This document shows, piece by piece, positions 27,602 through 40,163 of a stretch of DNA of 64,000 bases. The DNA comes from Paraspadella gotoi. Its lineage: Eukaryota > Animalia > Chaetognatha. Every line of letters starts with the position of its first letter. Within the stretch, counting starts at the first letter, position 1. Location of the stretch: contig CM119263.1 in assembly GCA_051294375.1 (NCBI GenBank), positions 11,943,130 through 12,007,129 on the forward strand. The letters are read 5' to 3'. A model generated the notes under the pieces. That model did no database searches, was not told the origin of the DNA, and worked only from the letters and a program-made list of their open reading frames with translations. A program made the position numbers and the translations under genes.

Positions 27602-27872
27602 GATGCGATAATCCTTTATTTTTCGTTATTTATTATTAGAGAAAGCAAAGTTTTATGGAATTTGTACAACGATTTTTATTTTTAAGAGACGTATATGTTT
27701 CGGCTTGCTATTTGAAGCCTTCATCATCGTTTAACAATCAGTAAAAAGTTAGTTTGTGTTAGTTTGTGTTAGTTATGAAAAGAAGTGAAACTTGTTAGAG
27801 AGAGAGAGAGAGAAACATGTCCGCCTCTTAAAAATAAAAATCGTTGTACAAATTCCAAAACACTTTGCTTTC
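27602..27872. mobile_element. Short Penelope derivative with inverted arm and decayed hammerhead (27687-27732, minus strand)
   Basis: TSD tctaaaaaagaatt; paralogous empty site near 2895-2915. Confidence 0.78.
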
Positions 27873-28367
27873 TCTAAAAAAGAATTATACTTTCTTATGT
27901 TAACTTTTTGCAAGGAATCCAAATCCGATCTTAAAATTTAAAAATTTACATTTTGAAATTTTAGCCTATTATATACTTGATACTATATATAGGTTTTTAA
28001 TTTCATGTTTTATATGCTAAAGTTTAATTTTCTCAAATTTTATCATTTTCACATCTCTCTACTCTATAATATAGAGTCGGGATCTGCTGAAAAATATTCA
28101 TTAAATTTTCGTTGCGCTAATCAAAACATTTTTCTGCTAAAAAATCTTCAAAATTCAAGTCGCAAAATAATATTTGTGCCATAGTAACAATTCAGTTTAA
28201 TCCCTTGAAAGCGATTTATATGTATTGGCGCAGCAACTGGTTCATAATCTGGTATTGCTTGCTCAAACTTTTTTGTACAATAATGTCATTTCTAAAATTT
28301 ATCCTTTACCTGTTTAGGTGAGTAATCCTGTGAAGTAAGGCATAGTAAAATTTCTAAATTTAACCAA

Positions 28368-28890
28368 TATGGTGGACTAAAATCCACCATCCGTTCATCA
28401 GCGGCCATTGGTGCCGGAGGCAAGACATTTGCCTCCCAACCCAAAGGTCTGGGGTTCTAGCCCGGTGGCCGCATTGCAGTTAAGAGGGATGAGGCTCTTA
28501 ACCCGCCTGTAACACGGTGTTACAGCCTGATCCGAAGCTCAGGGACTGCTTACATTGAACGGTTCTGTCATTAACACATATCAATAATTACTGTCTCTTT
28601 ATTGGTGAGCCTGACTTCCGAACACAACATCAACAACAACACTTTCAGGCGACATGCCTCAACCTGGTGATGCACTTTCCGCCAACAACACATCAGGCGA
28701 CATGCCTCAACTTGGTGACGCACTTTCCACCAACAACAACAATTCACTGAGGAGACGCAACAGACTTCTCCCTATGGGAGGGGGGAATGTTTGGTGGACT
28801 AAAATCTACCAACCGTTTATCAGCGGCCATTNNNNNNNNNNNNNNNNNNNNNAGGTCCGGGGTTCTAGCCCGGTGGTCGCCTAGCAGTTA
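28368..28890 (+). mobile_element. TRIM family F1: LTR 28368-28601, PBS 28603-28611, PPT 28776-28787, second LTR (gapped and truncated)
   Basis: Direct repeats flank TGGTGAGCC and GGGAGGGGGGAA. Confidence 0.85.
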
Positions 28891-29382
28891 AACCGATTCC
28901 GTTTTGGAACTACAAAGAAAGTACTACGTAGTTCAAATCATTAGAACGCCGAATTTAGCCTAAGCTTTGTATGCGTGATCCGGGCCTCATAAGAAATGAC
29001 TGAAAAAACCATAGACTCGGCGGTATCATAAGAATACCGAAGTAAACAAAATAAAGGTGAAAATACATTATTTTTGAACGATATATGTAAATCTATGTAA
29101 AACTACGCCGGTCATGACAAGATACGACCGTAGCCGTGGGACACGACGAGATGATATCCGGATCCTGCCTCGTCCGTTTCTCCGCGAAGAATATCTTTTG
29201 AAGGANNNNNNNNNNAATGAACAACATTATATTTATGAACATTTCTGTATAAAAATATTTTATTACAAAGTTTACAATTTATGCATTACCATTAGGCCAT
29301 ATTTATACGGAGTACTAATCCAATTTCAGAAGATTTTTTTGCAGATTTGGATTTGTCATAAAATGTTGATGAAAAGAAATAT

Positions 29383-29585
29383 TGTGGTGAATCTTAAATT
29401 CGCCACCCGTATAGCTTGGTGCAACTCAGCTCATCCCATTGGCTTGGACAGCAAAGTACTCGTTCACCAACCGTGAGTTCCGGGTTCAATCCCCTCACGG
29501 TCATGCTGGTTAAAGTGTGATGGTGTTGGCATAAACATGCCGTTGAATGGTGTGATCACTGCAGGTCCAAAGCCCTGAGCGCCAG
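29383..29585 (+). mobile_element. Probable tRNA-containing LTR, family H (3' end unclear)
   Basis: TGTGG hairpin start, TCAGC, B box GGGTTCAATCC; interrupts another repeat. Confidence 0.55.
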
Positions 29586-31544
29586 TTATATTTTCTTTTA
29601 TCAACTTTGGACAAGGAATTCAAATCTGCAATCAAAATTAAGAAAAGCTTATTTTAATTTCTTTTTATTTTATAAGGATAATTCTATATATAAATATAGC
29701 CTAATGTAGGGTATTGCACAAAAATGTTAAAAATACTTTTTTTCTTCATTCGATTGATTTAAACCTTATATTAAGCCTTACGAAGTGTACTTTAATAATT
29801 AATTGGCAGTTTTGTTTTTTAAATATGGGAATTACGCCAACTGATTGACGTCAATTTGTAGTTACCTTCCTGCCTCGTTACTGCTGTCAAGGATATTCAA
29901 CTAAAATTTTTAAAAAACGCTTTTTTCTAATTAAGAATATATTGTAGTATTGCATTCAGCTTTGATTTCTTTTTTTTTACATTTTTGTTGGCGCTGGTGG
30001 TGTAAAAACTACGCCAAAACGTATTATTTTCTATTTAAATATGTGGCGTTAATGATTTTTGCAATGAAATTTTTAAAATTTATCAAGTTAAATAATTGTA
30101 AATGTATATATTTAAAATTTGAAAATAAATTGTGGCGTAAAATGGCGTGAAAGGAAGGTAAAACCGTTTAATATGATATCCAGATGTGGCGTAAAGACTT
30201 TCTGATTATTTTCTGGTAAAAGCTATTCAGTTAAGTGGTTTTAAAGATTTATCCGGCATTTTTTATACTGATGTGGCGTAGAATGGCGTAAAATAATCAA
30301 GAAACCATATAACTACTATTTAATTTTGTGGCGTAAAGGGTTTTAGTTTATTTTCTAATAAAAACTATTCAGTTAAGTTGCGTTAAAGATTTATTCACCC
30401 TTTTTTTATACAGGTGTGGCGTAGAATGGCGTAAAACAATCAGAAACCATATAAATATCATTTTATTTTGTGGCGTGAAAACTTTTTTTCATTTTCCAGA
30501 TAAAACTATTAAGTTAACATGCTCTGGCATAGAATGGCGTAAATTGACGTAAAACTGCGCCACTTAATCCTCTCATCTCTTTCCTTTTCCTCCTTTTCTT
30601 TTGTCTTTTATTTTTATACAATCTCCGATTCTATTTTTCGGTTTTATTTCTTTAAAATCATAGAAAAACCAAATACCGAAAATAAATCTCAAATCCTAGA
30701 TAAAAAGAAAACAAAGAAACACCCACATAAAAGCCAGTGGACCAATTTTACTAAAAGTATCAGAAATTGTGGATCCACAATGGGTCTTTAGGTTTATGTT
30801 TGAAATTGGTTAAAAATACAAACTATAATAAAGAAATTACCCATATATAATAATTACAGGTATCATGTATATTTTAGCAAAGGAGGAATGATTGTAAGCA
30901 GAAAAAAAGGGACGATAAATCTTAAAGATCATAATAAATATATTATATCAGTTTCATACATATTAATGATTCATAGGCCTTAATATACAGTAGGAAAGAT
31001 TATATAAAATGACTATCGCCAGAACTGCTGCTGGCGCATTTTTGCGCATCATTTTTGGGAATTAACAATGATAATTTGTTGAAAGAAAATACATTTGCAT
31101 CTCCTGTAACCAGAGGTTTTGCGAGGAAAGCCTAGTTTTTGCGCTACAATAAAAAGAAATATTGCTTTCTGTACTATTTCAATATTTTTATTATTTAAAA
31201 TATTCTTTTTCGATTTTTTGTTAGACTTACACTTGCCCTACCTACATTCAAAAAATAAAAATTTTCTTTTCAGTATTTTCCATACAGTAAATATTTCAAA
31301 AAGCCTTGTTTTTTGGTATCAAATTCCCTATTATTTTTCGGCCGATAGAGAAATAAAAATTTCGTCGAATACTGCTAATCCCTACCTAATGCAAAAATTA
31401 AATAACATAAAATAAATTTTTTTATAAATTAATGTTCACTAATAGTATGTTTTACATAATTAACTTTTAGAATTATAGTACATAATTTTCCCTATGCTCT
31501 ACTGTATCTAGTATCCAAGTATCTAGTTTTAACTTTATTTGCAG

Positions 31545-31721
31545 GTTTTCTCGCGGTACAATGGGTGTTGGCCAAATATGCTTTACAAGAAGTTAAAAAA
31601 AATCCGGAGATTCCTCTTTTAGGCATAAAACAATTGCCTTTCCCCGGATTTGGACTACCAAGGGCTACGGAAACGATACTTTTATTATTTGATTTTATGA
31701 TGATTATCATGCCACTATACA
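31545..31721 (+). CDS. ABCA exon
   Basis: GFLAVQWVL...IKQLPFP...TM2; TTGCAG and GTATGT splice sites. Confidence 0.85.
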
Positions 31722-31867
31722 GTATGTACAATGTTTAGTAGAGTGAAGTGAAAATAATAAAATTTTATAAAATTAAAATTTAGTATATAGAAGTCGGACT
31801 TAATTAGATAATTAGTCTTGAAACTGTAACGGGTGTACTTGAAGATGTTGGGTAAATCTATTATATA

Positions 31868-33510
31868 CAGTAGCATCCGTCTAGAATTTCTGAGACGGCA
31901 AGCTCTGTAACTCGAGTCCAAATGATAATTTGAAAAAGACTTTTTGTCTTGTTATCGAGTACTCATATGGCTACTCCCCCTTCGGTAAGCCATTGCTCTA
32001 CAACCACTTTTGGGACATAGCAGTTTATTGTAAAAGTTTACCTTGAGTGGGATTCAAATCCGACTATTTCATTCTGCGTCGAAATCTTAGTTTTTAACCA
32101 CTCGGCCATCTCGTTAATTAAAATAACAAATTCAAAACCTCAATATAAATTTTGTTTTTTCTTTTCTTTTTAGTCAGATCTGCTTTCAGCAGATCCTTAC
32201 TCTATAATTCACTTTGTCGGTCCCTAATCTTGTCAGGCATTCACTTATATTATGTCAGAACATCGAATTATAATAAATTATGGCAAAAAAAAACGTCCGT
32301 CTCTCTGTCCATCCATCCCCCTTACCAGTTACACATGAATGGATGGATGGATTGGAATGAAATTTTGTGTGTGGGTAGGGAAGTGTGTCATTGAGCTGAA
32401 TATGAAGTTTTGATGGAATCGTTTGAGTGGAATATCAGTTTAAATGGAAAAAAACAAAACGTGTTTCACTAATTGATAAAGCTTTTTTTTCCCTTTTTAT
32501 ATTAAATGTAAATGCAAGATGTATTAATTAAATCAAATAATTAATCAGTTAATTAATCAATAATTCAATTAATTAATCAATAATTAATTAATCAGTCAAT
32601 TAATTAATCAAAACAAACTTTTTTGGATTAAAATAATTAATTAATTGCCAAATTAATAATTAATTAACTTGAATTAATTATAAATTAATTATTAATTAAT
32701 TAATTACCGATAATGATTGTGGGCAGATCCGACACACGATGCTTCCTTTAGAAATGATCAGAAAACATTACCAGAATTATTATTGTATTAGCTTATTACC
32801 ACTTAATTATTGTAGGCAGATCCGACTTTGTTTGCTCAAACTTGTTTTTTTGCAAATCAAAAACTTAAGATTATTTTTTTTTCAAAATGATTTCATTCTT
32901 TCATTCTCTCAATCGTTAGCCTATTTATTAATATTGATACAATAGACGAGGTATAAAAACATTTTCAGTTGTTTCACAATAAGCAACTGGATTAAAACAC
33001 TTAATAAAACACTTTAGAAGCAACGTGGAAATGTTTCAACTTTGCGGCCTCTGACTTCCTCAATTTCAAACATTAAAAATAAGCCAGATATTCGCTTTCT
33101 TCTACGTATCAATCGTCGTCGTTGCGGAAGTTTCGTCATGAATCGGAAACTTGGGACTCGGATGTGAAATCTTGTCTTCGATTGTTGAAGGTTTTGTTTC
33201 CCCAAAAAAATTAAAAGCGAACCTCCAGCTTTCTATAATTTATTTTGTACAAAATTTTTATGAAAATCATTTGGCCGAGTGCTTAGCGCGCGGATTTCAA
33301 CATTACGAAAAGGTTTCGGGTTCAAATCTGGCCGAAGCTACTTTTTACAATAGGTTCTGATGTCCCAAAATTGGTCTTAGAGCAATGGCTTACCGAAGGG
33401 GGAGTAGCCATATGTGTACTCGATATCAAGACAAAATCTCTCTTTAAAATTATCATTTGTACTCGAGTTACAGAGCTTGCCGTCTCAGAAATTCTAGACG
33501 GATGCTACTG
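31868..33510. mobile_element. TA-flanked MITE with about 160-bp TIRs and internal tRNA-like units
   Basis: CAGTAGCATCCGTCTAGAA TIRs; related copies at 36893-37413 and ending at 42400. Confidence 0.85.
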
Positions 33511-33529
33511 TATCTATCTGTTTTTTCAG

Positions 33530-33782
33530 TAATATTAGAAGCTACAAGTAAAGAAAAAGAATCTGGAATGAAAGAATTATTGGCTATATTTGGTGTGTCG
33601 CCATGTATCCAGCGAGGCGCTTGGTTTATCCATCATCTTTTAGTGATATTATTTCCATTTGTCTGTAGTTTGATAAATTATGCAATATTGCTACCTGGAC
33701 AAGTTGAATTTGGTCTTAGTTTTTTATTTATAATTTCGTTTTATTTGGCGGGTATTTCTACAGCTAGAATTTTTAGTGTGAC
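33530..33782 (+). CDS. ABCA exon (TMD1, EKE motif)
   Basis: KEKESGMKELLAIFGVS...AWF and TM segments; TTTCAG and GTAAG sites in phase with the previous exon. Confidence 0.88.
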
Positions 33783-34697
33783 GTAAGTTTGTTTTTAGTT
33801 GCGCCACGAGGACTCGCAGAGCAACTCCATAAGTCACTTTTTGGTCGGTCTGTCGCAGAAAAAAATATAACTTATTTTAAAAATTATTTCATTAAGTGGG
33901 TTAAAAATTAAAAAAAAACTATATTTAATATAAAAAAAGTTAATTTTCAGCTTAAAATATAACTTTTTCTGATTTTTGACCCACTTAATGAAGGAATTTT
34001 TCCAAATTTTTTTACTTTTTATGACGAATCTAAATCTGCAAAAAAATCTTTAAAAAAACAGTTCTTAAATTTTAACATTTATTGGATTAGTAGTACTCTG
34101 TATAAATATGGCCTAATGCGTAAATTGTGACATTTATAATAAAAAATTTTTATACAGAAATGTTCATAAATGTTCCTCACTGTTAGAATTTTAATTAGTT
34201 AAGTTAAATTTATAAATTTTACTATGCCTTACTACACAGGATTACTCAGCTAAACAGATAAAGGATAAATTTTAGAAATAAAGTTAATGTACAAAAAAGT
34301 TTGATCAAGCAATACCAGATCTGGATACTGGACAGTGCACACTACACAGTAGGGCGTAGTGAAGGTTACATACAAAAATTCTAAATGTCAATTAATAACA
34401 TACCATCAGTGAACATTAATTTGTAAAAAAAATTAATTTTATATCCTTCAATCTTCGCAGTAGGCTATATTATCAATATTAAATATTATAATATATATTA
34501 TATTATATTATCTATTTTCATTAAGATGACCCTAGTCATCATCAAAGGACCTTTAACCCTTCGAGAAATTGAAAACGGTCAGAAGGATCGGGCGAATGAC
34601 TCAAGGATGGAATCGACTAATGCGATTGCAAGACTGCAAGCTTGATGGAAAATCTACCCGTGTCGATCCTCTTCTAAGCTATAAATACACTTAGCCT

Positions 34698-35402
34698 TGT
34701 GGATAAGGCGCTACGTGGGCTGAAGATGACTGTCCGTAACTTCTATAACCCCCTCTAGCAGCCATGGAACGGGTCTTGGGCTTGGAACCAGGCTTGAGGG
34801 TTTGCCATGCCCCCAAGGCGGCTTACGGTCGTCCTCAGGCTTCCTGCAGGGTAGGTACCGGGTTGGGATTGAACCCGGTACCTAGTGGTCATGAGCTGAT
34901 GGCTTTACTGAATGAGCCACCGGGCACAACTGAAAGTGTCCATGATTCTAGGCGGGGTGAACCTAGGGCAATGCCTGACTACATGCCCCCAGATTGTAAA
35001 CCCACCCTGCACTGCTTTCAGTGGAGGAGGGGAGCAATCTTCAGCTAGACCAAGGGCCTGGAATCAGAAGGTTGGAATACCGCTCGACAGGATAGGCTCA
35101 CCAGTGTGGATAAGGCCGCTACGTGGGGCTGAAGATGACTGTCCGTAACTTCTATTAACCCCTCTAGGCAGCCATGGAACGGGTCCTGGGCTTGGAACCG
35201 AGGCTTGAGGTTTGCCATGCCCCAAGGCGGCCTTACAGCCATCCTCACGCTTCCGCAGGGTAAGGTAGCGCGGGTAGGGATTGAACCCGGTACCTAGTGG
35301 TCATGAGGCTGATGGCTTTACTCAATGAGCCACCGGGTCACAACTGAAAAGTGTCATGATTCAGTCTAGGCGGGGTGAACCTAGGCAATTTGCCCGACTA
35401 CA
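34698..35402 (-). mobile_element. Two-LTR TRIM family E: LTRs 34698-34983 and 35105-35402
   Basis: Minus-strand PBS TGGTGAGCC at 35095-35103, CTGGGGGCA before the 3' LTR, tRNA-Met-like core in the LTR; no matching TSD. Confidence 0.82.
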
Positions 35403-36469
35403 TATAGTACTATCCTTATAAGATCAAAAAATTTCAAAAAAGGCTCTTCTTAATTTTGATTGCAGATTTGAATTCCTCGTTAAAAATTAATAACAGAAAA
35501 TATAAATCATTTTTAAAAATTATTTAATTAAGTGGGTAAAAAATTTAAAAAAATCTATTTAATATGTAAAATTTTAATTTTCAGTTTAAAAAACAAATTT
35601 TTTTCTATATTTGATCAACTTAATGAAAGAATTTTTTAAAAGAGTTATATTTCTTTATATCAACTTTTCATGACGAATCCAAATCTGCCAAAAAATCTTA
35701 CAAAAAACTATTTTGTAATTTTAACATTTATTGAATTAGTACTAGTATAAATATGGCATATTGCGTAAATTGTAAAATTTATTATAAAATTTTTTTATAC
35801 ATAAATGTTCATTAGTATAATGTTATTCGTTCCTCACTTTTAGAATTTTAATTAAAGTTAAATTTAGAATTTTTACTACGCTTTACTACACAGGATTACT
35901 CACCCAAACAGATAAAGGATAAATTTTAGAAATAACAATATTGTACAAACAAGTTTGAGCAAGCAATACCAGATCTGCCCCTGATCATTTACCGGTAAGA
36001 ATCTAATCAGATTATAAATCAGTTCTACGCCAATACATATAAATCGCTTTCAAGGGATTAAACTGAATTGTTACTGCGGCACAAATATTATTTTGCTACT
36101 TGAATTTTGAATATTTTTTTAGCAGAAAAATTCTGTTTGTCTGTCTGTCCGTTCGTCCGTCCGTCCCAACTGAGCTTTGAATGCTAATTACTCATGATTG
36201 TATTGGGCGATTGACTTAAAATTTTGTATGCCGGTAGGAACGTGTGTGATTTAGCTGGAAATAAAGTTTCGATGGAATTGTCCGAGTGGAAATGAGGTAA
36301 AATGGAAAAAATAAAAAAAAACTATTTCACTATGAAATTTATTGAACCAATATAAAAATTATCTATTCATATACTAAATAAGCTATCTTGCCCCTGACTT
36401 TGGACAGGCTTTGGTGGTTTTAGGCCTTCATCACTCTTACAAGATAATGACATAGCAAATCCATGCAAG

Positions 36470-36672
36470 TGAAGAGACAGTAATTATTGTTGTGTTAGTG
36501 ACAGAACCATTCAATATAAGCAGTCCCTGAGCTTCGGATCAGGCTGTAACACCATGTTACAGGCGGGTTAAGCGCCCCATCCCTCTTAACTGCCAAACGA
36601 CCACCGGGCGAATGACTTGCCTCCGGCACCAATGGCCGCTGATGAACGGTTGGTGGATTTTAGTCCACCATA
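36470..36672 (-). mobile_element. Solo LTR, family F1
   Basis: TSD caag. Confidence 0.85.
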
Positions 36673-36892
36673 CAAGCTTTCAATCAAGACTCTCTCCCAG
36701 TCTCGTTTATTCACTCCCAGAGTACCTGGCTTCCATATCAATGAGGTGGTATAATATTTAAAGAATGTTTCAATTGTATGAAAAGACCACTCCCTTAAGT
36801 ATTGGATCGGGGAATACTTATTGTACTCTGCACTAGCATTAAAATACAAGGAGCTGAATTTTAAATTTAAATTTATCCATTCATTTAAGCTA

Positions 36893-37413
36893 CAGTAGCA
36901 TCCGTCTAGAATTTCTGAGTCGGCAAGCTCTGTAACTCGAGTACAAATAATAATTTGAAAGATAGTTTTTGTCGTGTTATCGAGTACTCATATGGCGACT
37001 CCCCCTTCGGTAACCCATTGCTCTACGACCACTTTTGGGACATAGCAGTTTATTATTCCAGTTTAATCAACACACAGTAAGTTGGTGTTCAAATAGTGAA
37101 ATATATTTTTTCCCCGATCGCTAAAAAGAAAAGAAAAACCAAAATTATATGAGGTTTTTGATTTTTTTTTTAAATAACGAATGGCCGAGTGGTTAAAACT
37201 AGAACTTCGACGCAGAATGGAATGTAGAGATTCGAATCCCACTCAGTGTAATTCTTAATAAACTGCTATGTCCAAAGTGGTCGTAGAGCAATGGCTTACC
37301 GAAGGGAAGTTGCCATTGAGTACTCGATAACAAAGACAAAAACACTCTTTCAAATTATTCATTGTCTCGAGTTACAGAGCTTGCCGACTCAGAATTCTAG
37401 ACGGATGCTACTG
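36893..37413. mobile_element. Short copy of the CAGTAGCATCC MITE family
   Basis: TIRs and TA flanks. Confidence 0.85.
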
Positions 37414-40163
37414 TACATATTTAGGTAGGATCAACTAAATTTTTTTTTCATAATTATTAAATTTTTGTTTCCGGTACAATAAGAGATAGGAATTTTTTAG
37501 CCACTTTCCCGTACAAAAAAAAATTATGAAATCACCATTCAAATTCCTTGATGAAGACCCTTAAGCTATTTATGATATCCTTTTTATCACTGGGTCCCTA
37601 AATGAAAAAAATTTTAAAAATGATTTTTTTTTTATCACTTTACGGAGGAAACAAATCTGTAATAAAAATAAAGCCCATTTTGAAATCTTTGATTATAAGT
37701 AAGGAGTACTATAGATAAATATAGCCTACTGCAAAAATTAAAAAACAAAATTAATTTTTTTTTACAAATTAATATTCACTGATGGTATGTTTTTCATAAT
37801 TACTTTTAGAATTCTTTCGTACGTAACTTTCACTACGCTCTACTGTGGAGTAGAGTTCGTATCGATTTTTTATAAACTGACGTAAATTACTTTTTCTACG
37901 AGGCGCCTGCACCCGTAACGCATGAGCGGCTCCCAAGAAGGCGAATGGGTGTGTGGAAAGACTCAAGAGCAGTGCCATTTTTAGCGTCCATTTGCCAACT
38001 TGCCTAAGTAATATTCGCTATGTCAGGAATGCACGACGGACGCCGGTCGGCAGGGATATTCGCTCGTCGTTTTAACGATCAATAGCAGGTGTAGTAAGTC
38101 AGAAGACATGAGGAGCACGATCGCGATGCCGCGTTGAAAATCAGGCCTGAAATTAAACGAACTGAATTTATAAACGAAGCACCAGTTAAATAAAGACATA
38201 TTTGCCTCATCAAAGTTATATTAAAAACCGTTGACTTATAATCTCTAAAAAAAAGCAAGTTTGGAGTTCAAGCAATGTCCGGAATAAATAGCGGTAATAA
38301 GCTACACGCACACGATGAAAAATAATGTGGCGAAACGTCTCGTGCTGATTTGTCGCCTTAAAATCGTTCTGAGCCAAATTAATTGTTCACTCTTTTGGTA
38401 TACTGTGCGATTACACTACTGGACATATCTGTATCTGCCATACCTTGACCATCAACAAAAAGCTAAACTAGATCAAAATAGATAAAAAGATGAAAGCAAT
38501 ATCGCTCGAAACGTGTACAAAATTTTAGACCATTGCTTTTATCAATGACCAATTATTAATATTATTAAAACAAACTTTAACGACAACCTAATTAGTTAAC
38601 CGAGAACAATGATGAATATTTTTTCCCGCATCATTTACTCAATTTATATGATCATTTGTTTGTAATTGGTCAATTATCTTAAAATAACAATATGACAATT
38701 CAAAGGTATTTCAAAACTTATATAAATTATTAATTTTTCACTTTTTTTCAATTCTTTCAAACAAAACACATCATAAAAAATTTAAATAATTTAAAGAAAT
38801 TGATTAATGATTTTGGAAAAAATATTTTGAAACTTGAGAATAATGGATTATAAAGTCAGGAAAAAAATTTGCATTGCAAAAAAATCCAGCCCCGCCTGCT
38901 AGCCTTTAGTTTTTCTAGAGCTATTTATTTTTTTGATATTTTAATTTTCTATGCAAAACATTATCCATGAGCATAGTGATGAAATTTTTTTCCCATACAA
39001 TTTGAAAATTTCCTTTTCTAATTAGCTTTTTTGGGGAAAATAATAAATAATTATTATACGATGGGTACATCTGAAGTGATATGTCTCTAAATGACAAAAA
39101 AATTTTTTCAGTTTTAATTTTGAAATTTAAGTATTGTACCAACCGAAATAGTGAGATACTCCCGCTTTGCCAATTTTTATTTTAACAAAGATTTGTACTG
39201 CGTAATTTAAAACGTTTATTTTTTTAATAACTTTGAAAGAAAAGAGGTACAAGGTGGATGTGGGTATCAACTTAAAGCTTATCATTGGGACACCTTTCTA
39301 AAAGAGTTTTATTAAATTAACTCATAAATCTTTACACAGCTTTTTGTTAAATCAGAGTTAAAAGTATAAGTTTTTTTGGCTTTTAAAAAATTTCAATGAA
39401 GACATGAATTTTTTCTTTTCTTTGTAATTTGAAAAGGAAAGACTGAATTACATTTTGTTTATTATAAATTTTTTTATTCATAAAATTGCTTTATTCTTTC
39501 AAGTTAAAGTAAAAACAAGCAAAAATTTATTGTTGTAGTTTTTTGGGAATAAAACTATATTTTTAATATTGAAAAATGATAAATAGCAAAAAGTTTTCAG
39601 CTTGATATAAACAGTCTGGACATCTACCTTGCTTCTGTCTGTAAAAAAATCGTATTTTTCATTCTTTAACTGCACTAAAAGCTTGACACACTGTGTTTCA
39701 TCATATTAAAGTTGTAAAATTATATACGCTGGTAATTTTGACAACGCAAAACATCAACATTGTGTTTAATTTGTAATTGATAATTTTTTTTTAATATAGC
39801 AAGGATTTAATTCTTTATATTTATCATCTCATTTTAATTAGAAAAAATGATTTCTCGTAATGCCCATTGGAAAGGGTTTCATTGACTGACTTAATGTTAT
39901 GAAATTTTTAGATTTCTTTCTGCCCATTGTCACAAGATTATTAGAAAGTCATGGTTTATCATGTTCAATAAGTCCAGATTATCTGTACGCCTTTCTGGGC
40001 AACCTGCATTCCAAATTTTCTTTTTTTCCCTTTCAAATGTATTAAATAAAAAAAGTTATTTGAGAGAAAATCGGCGTCGAGGATGCCATTGGTAAGCCTT
40101 AGTTAGCCCCACTTCCGGATCGAAATTTTTTAAATGAGGTTTTTTTTCCATCTATTTGGACAT

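Noticed and set aside
28388-28470. Functional tRNA genes or tRNA-SINEs
   Set aside because: Cores are degenerate and embedded in units with 4-bp TSDs, PBS and PPT; no canonical tRNA seen.
36635-36672. CTGATGA on the F1 antisense strand as a hammerhead
   Set aside because: No stem II plus GAAA follows.
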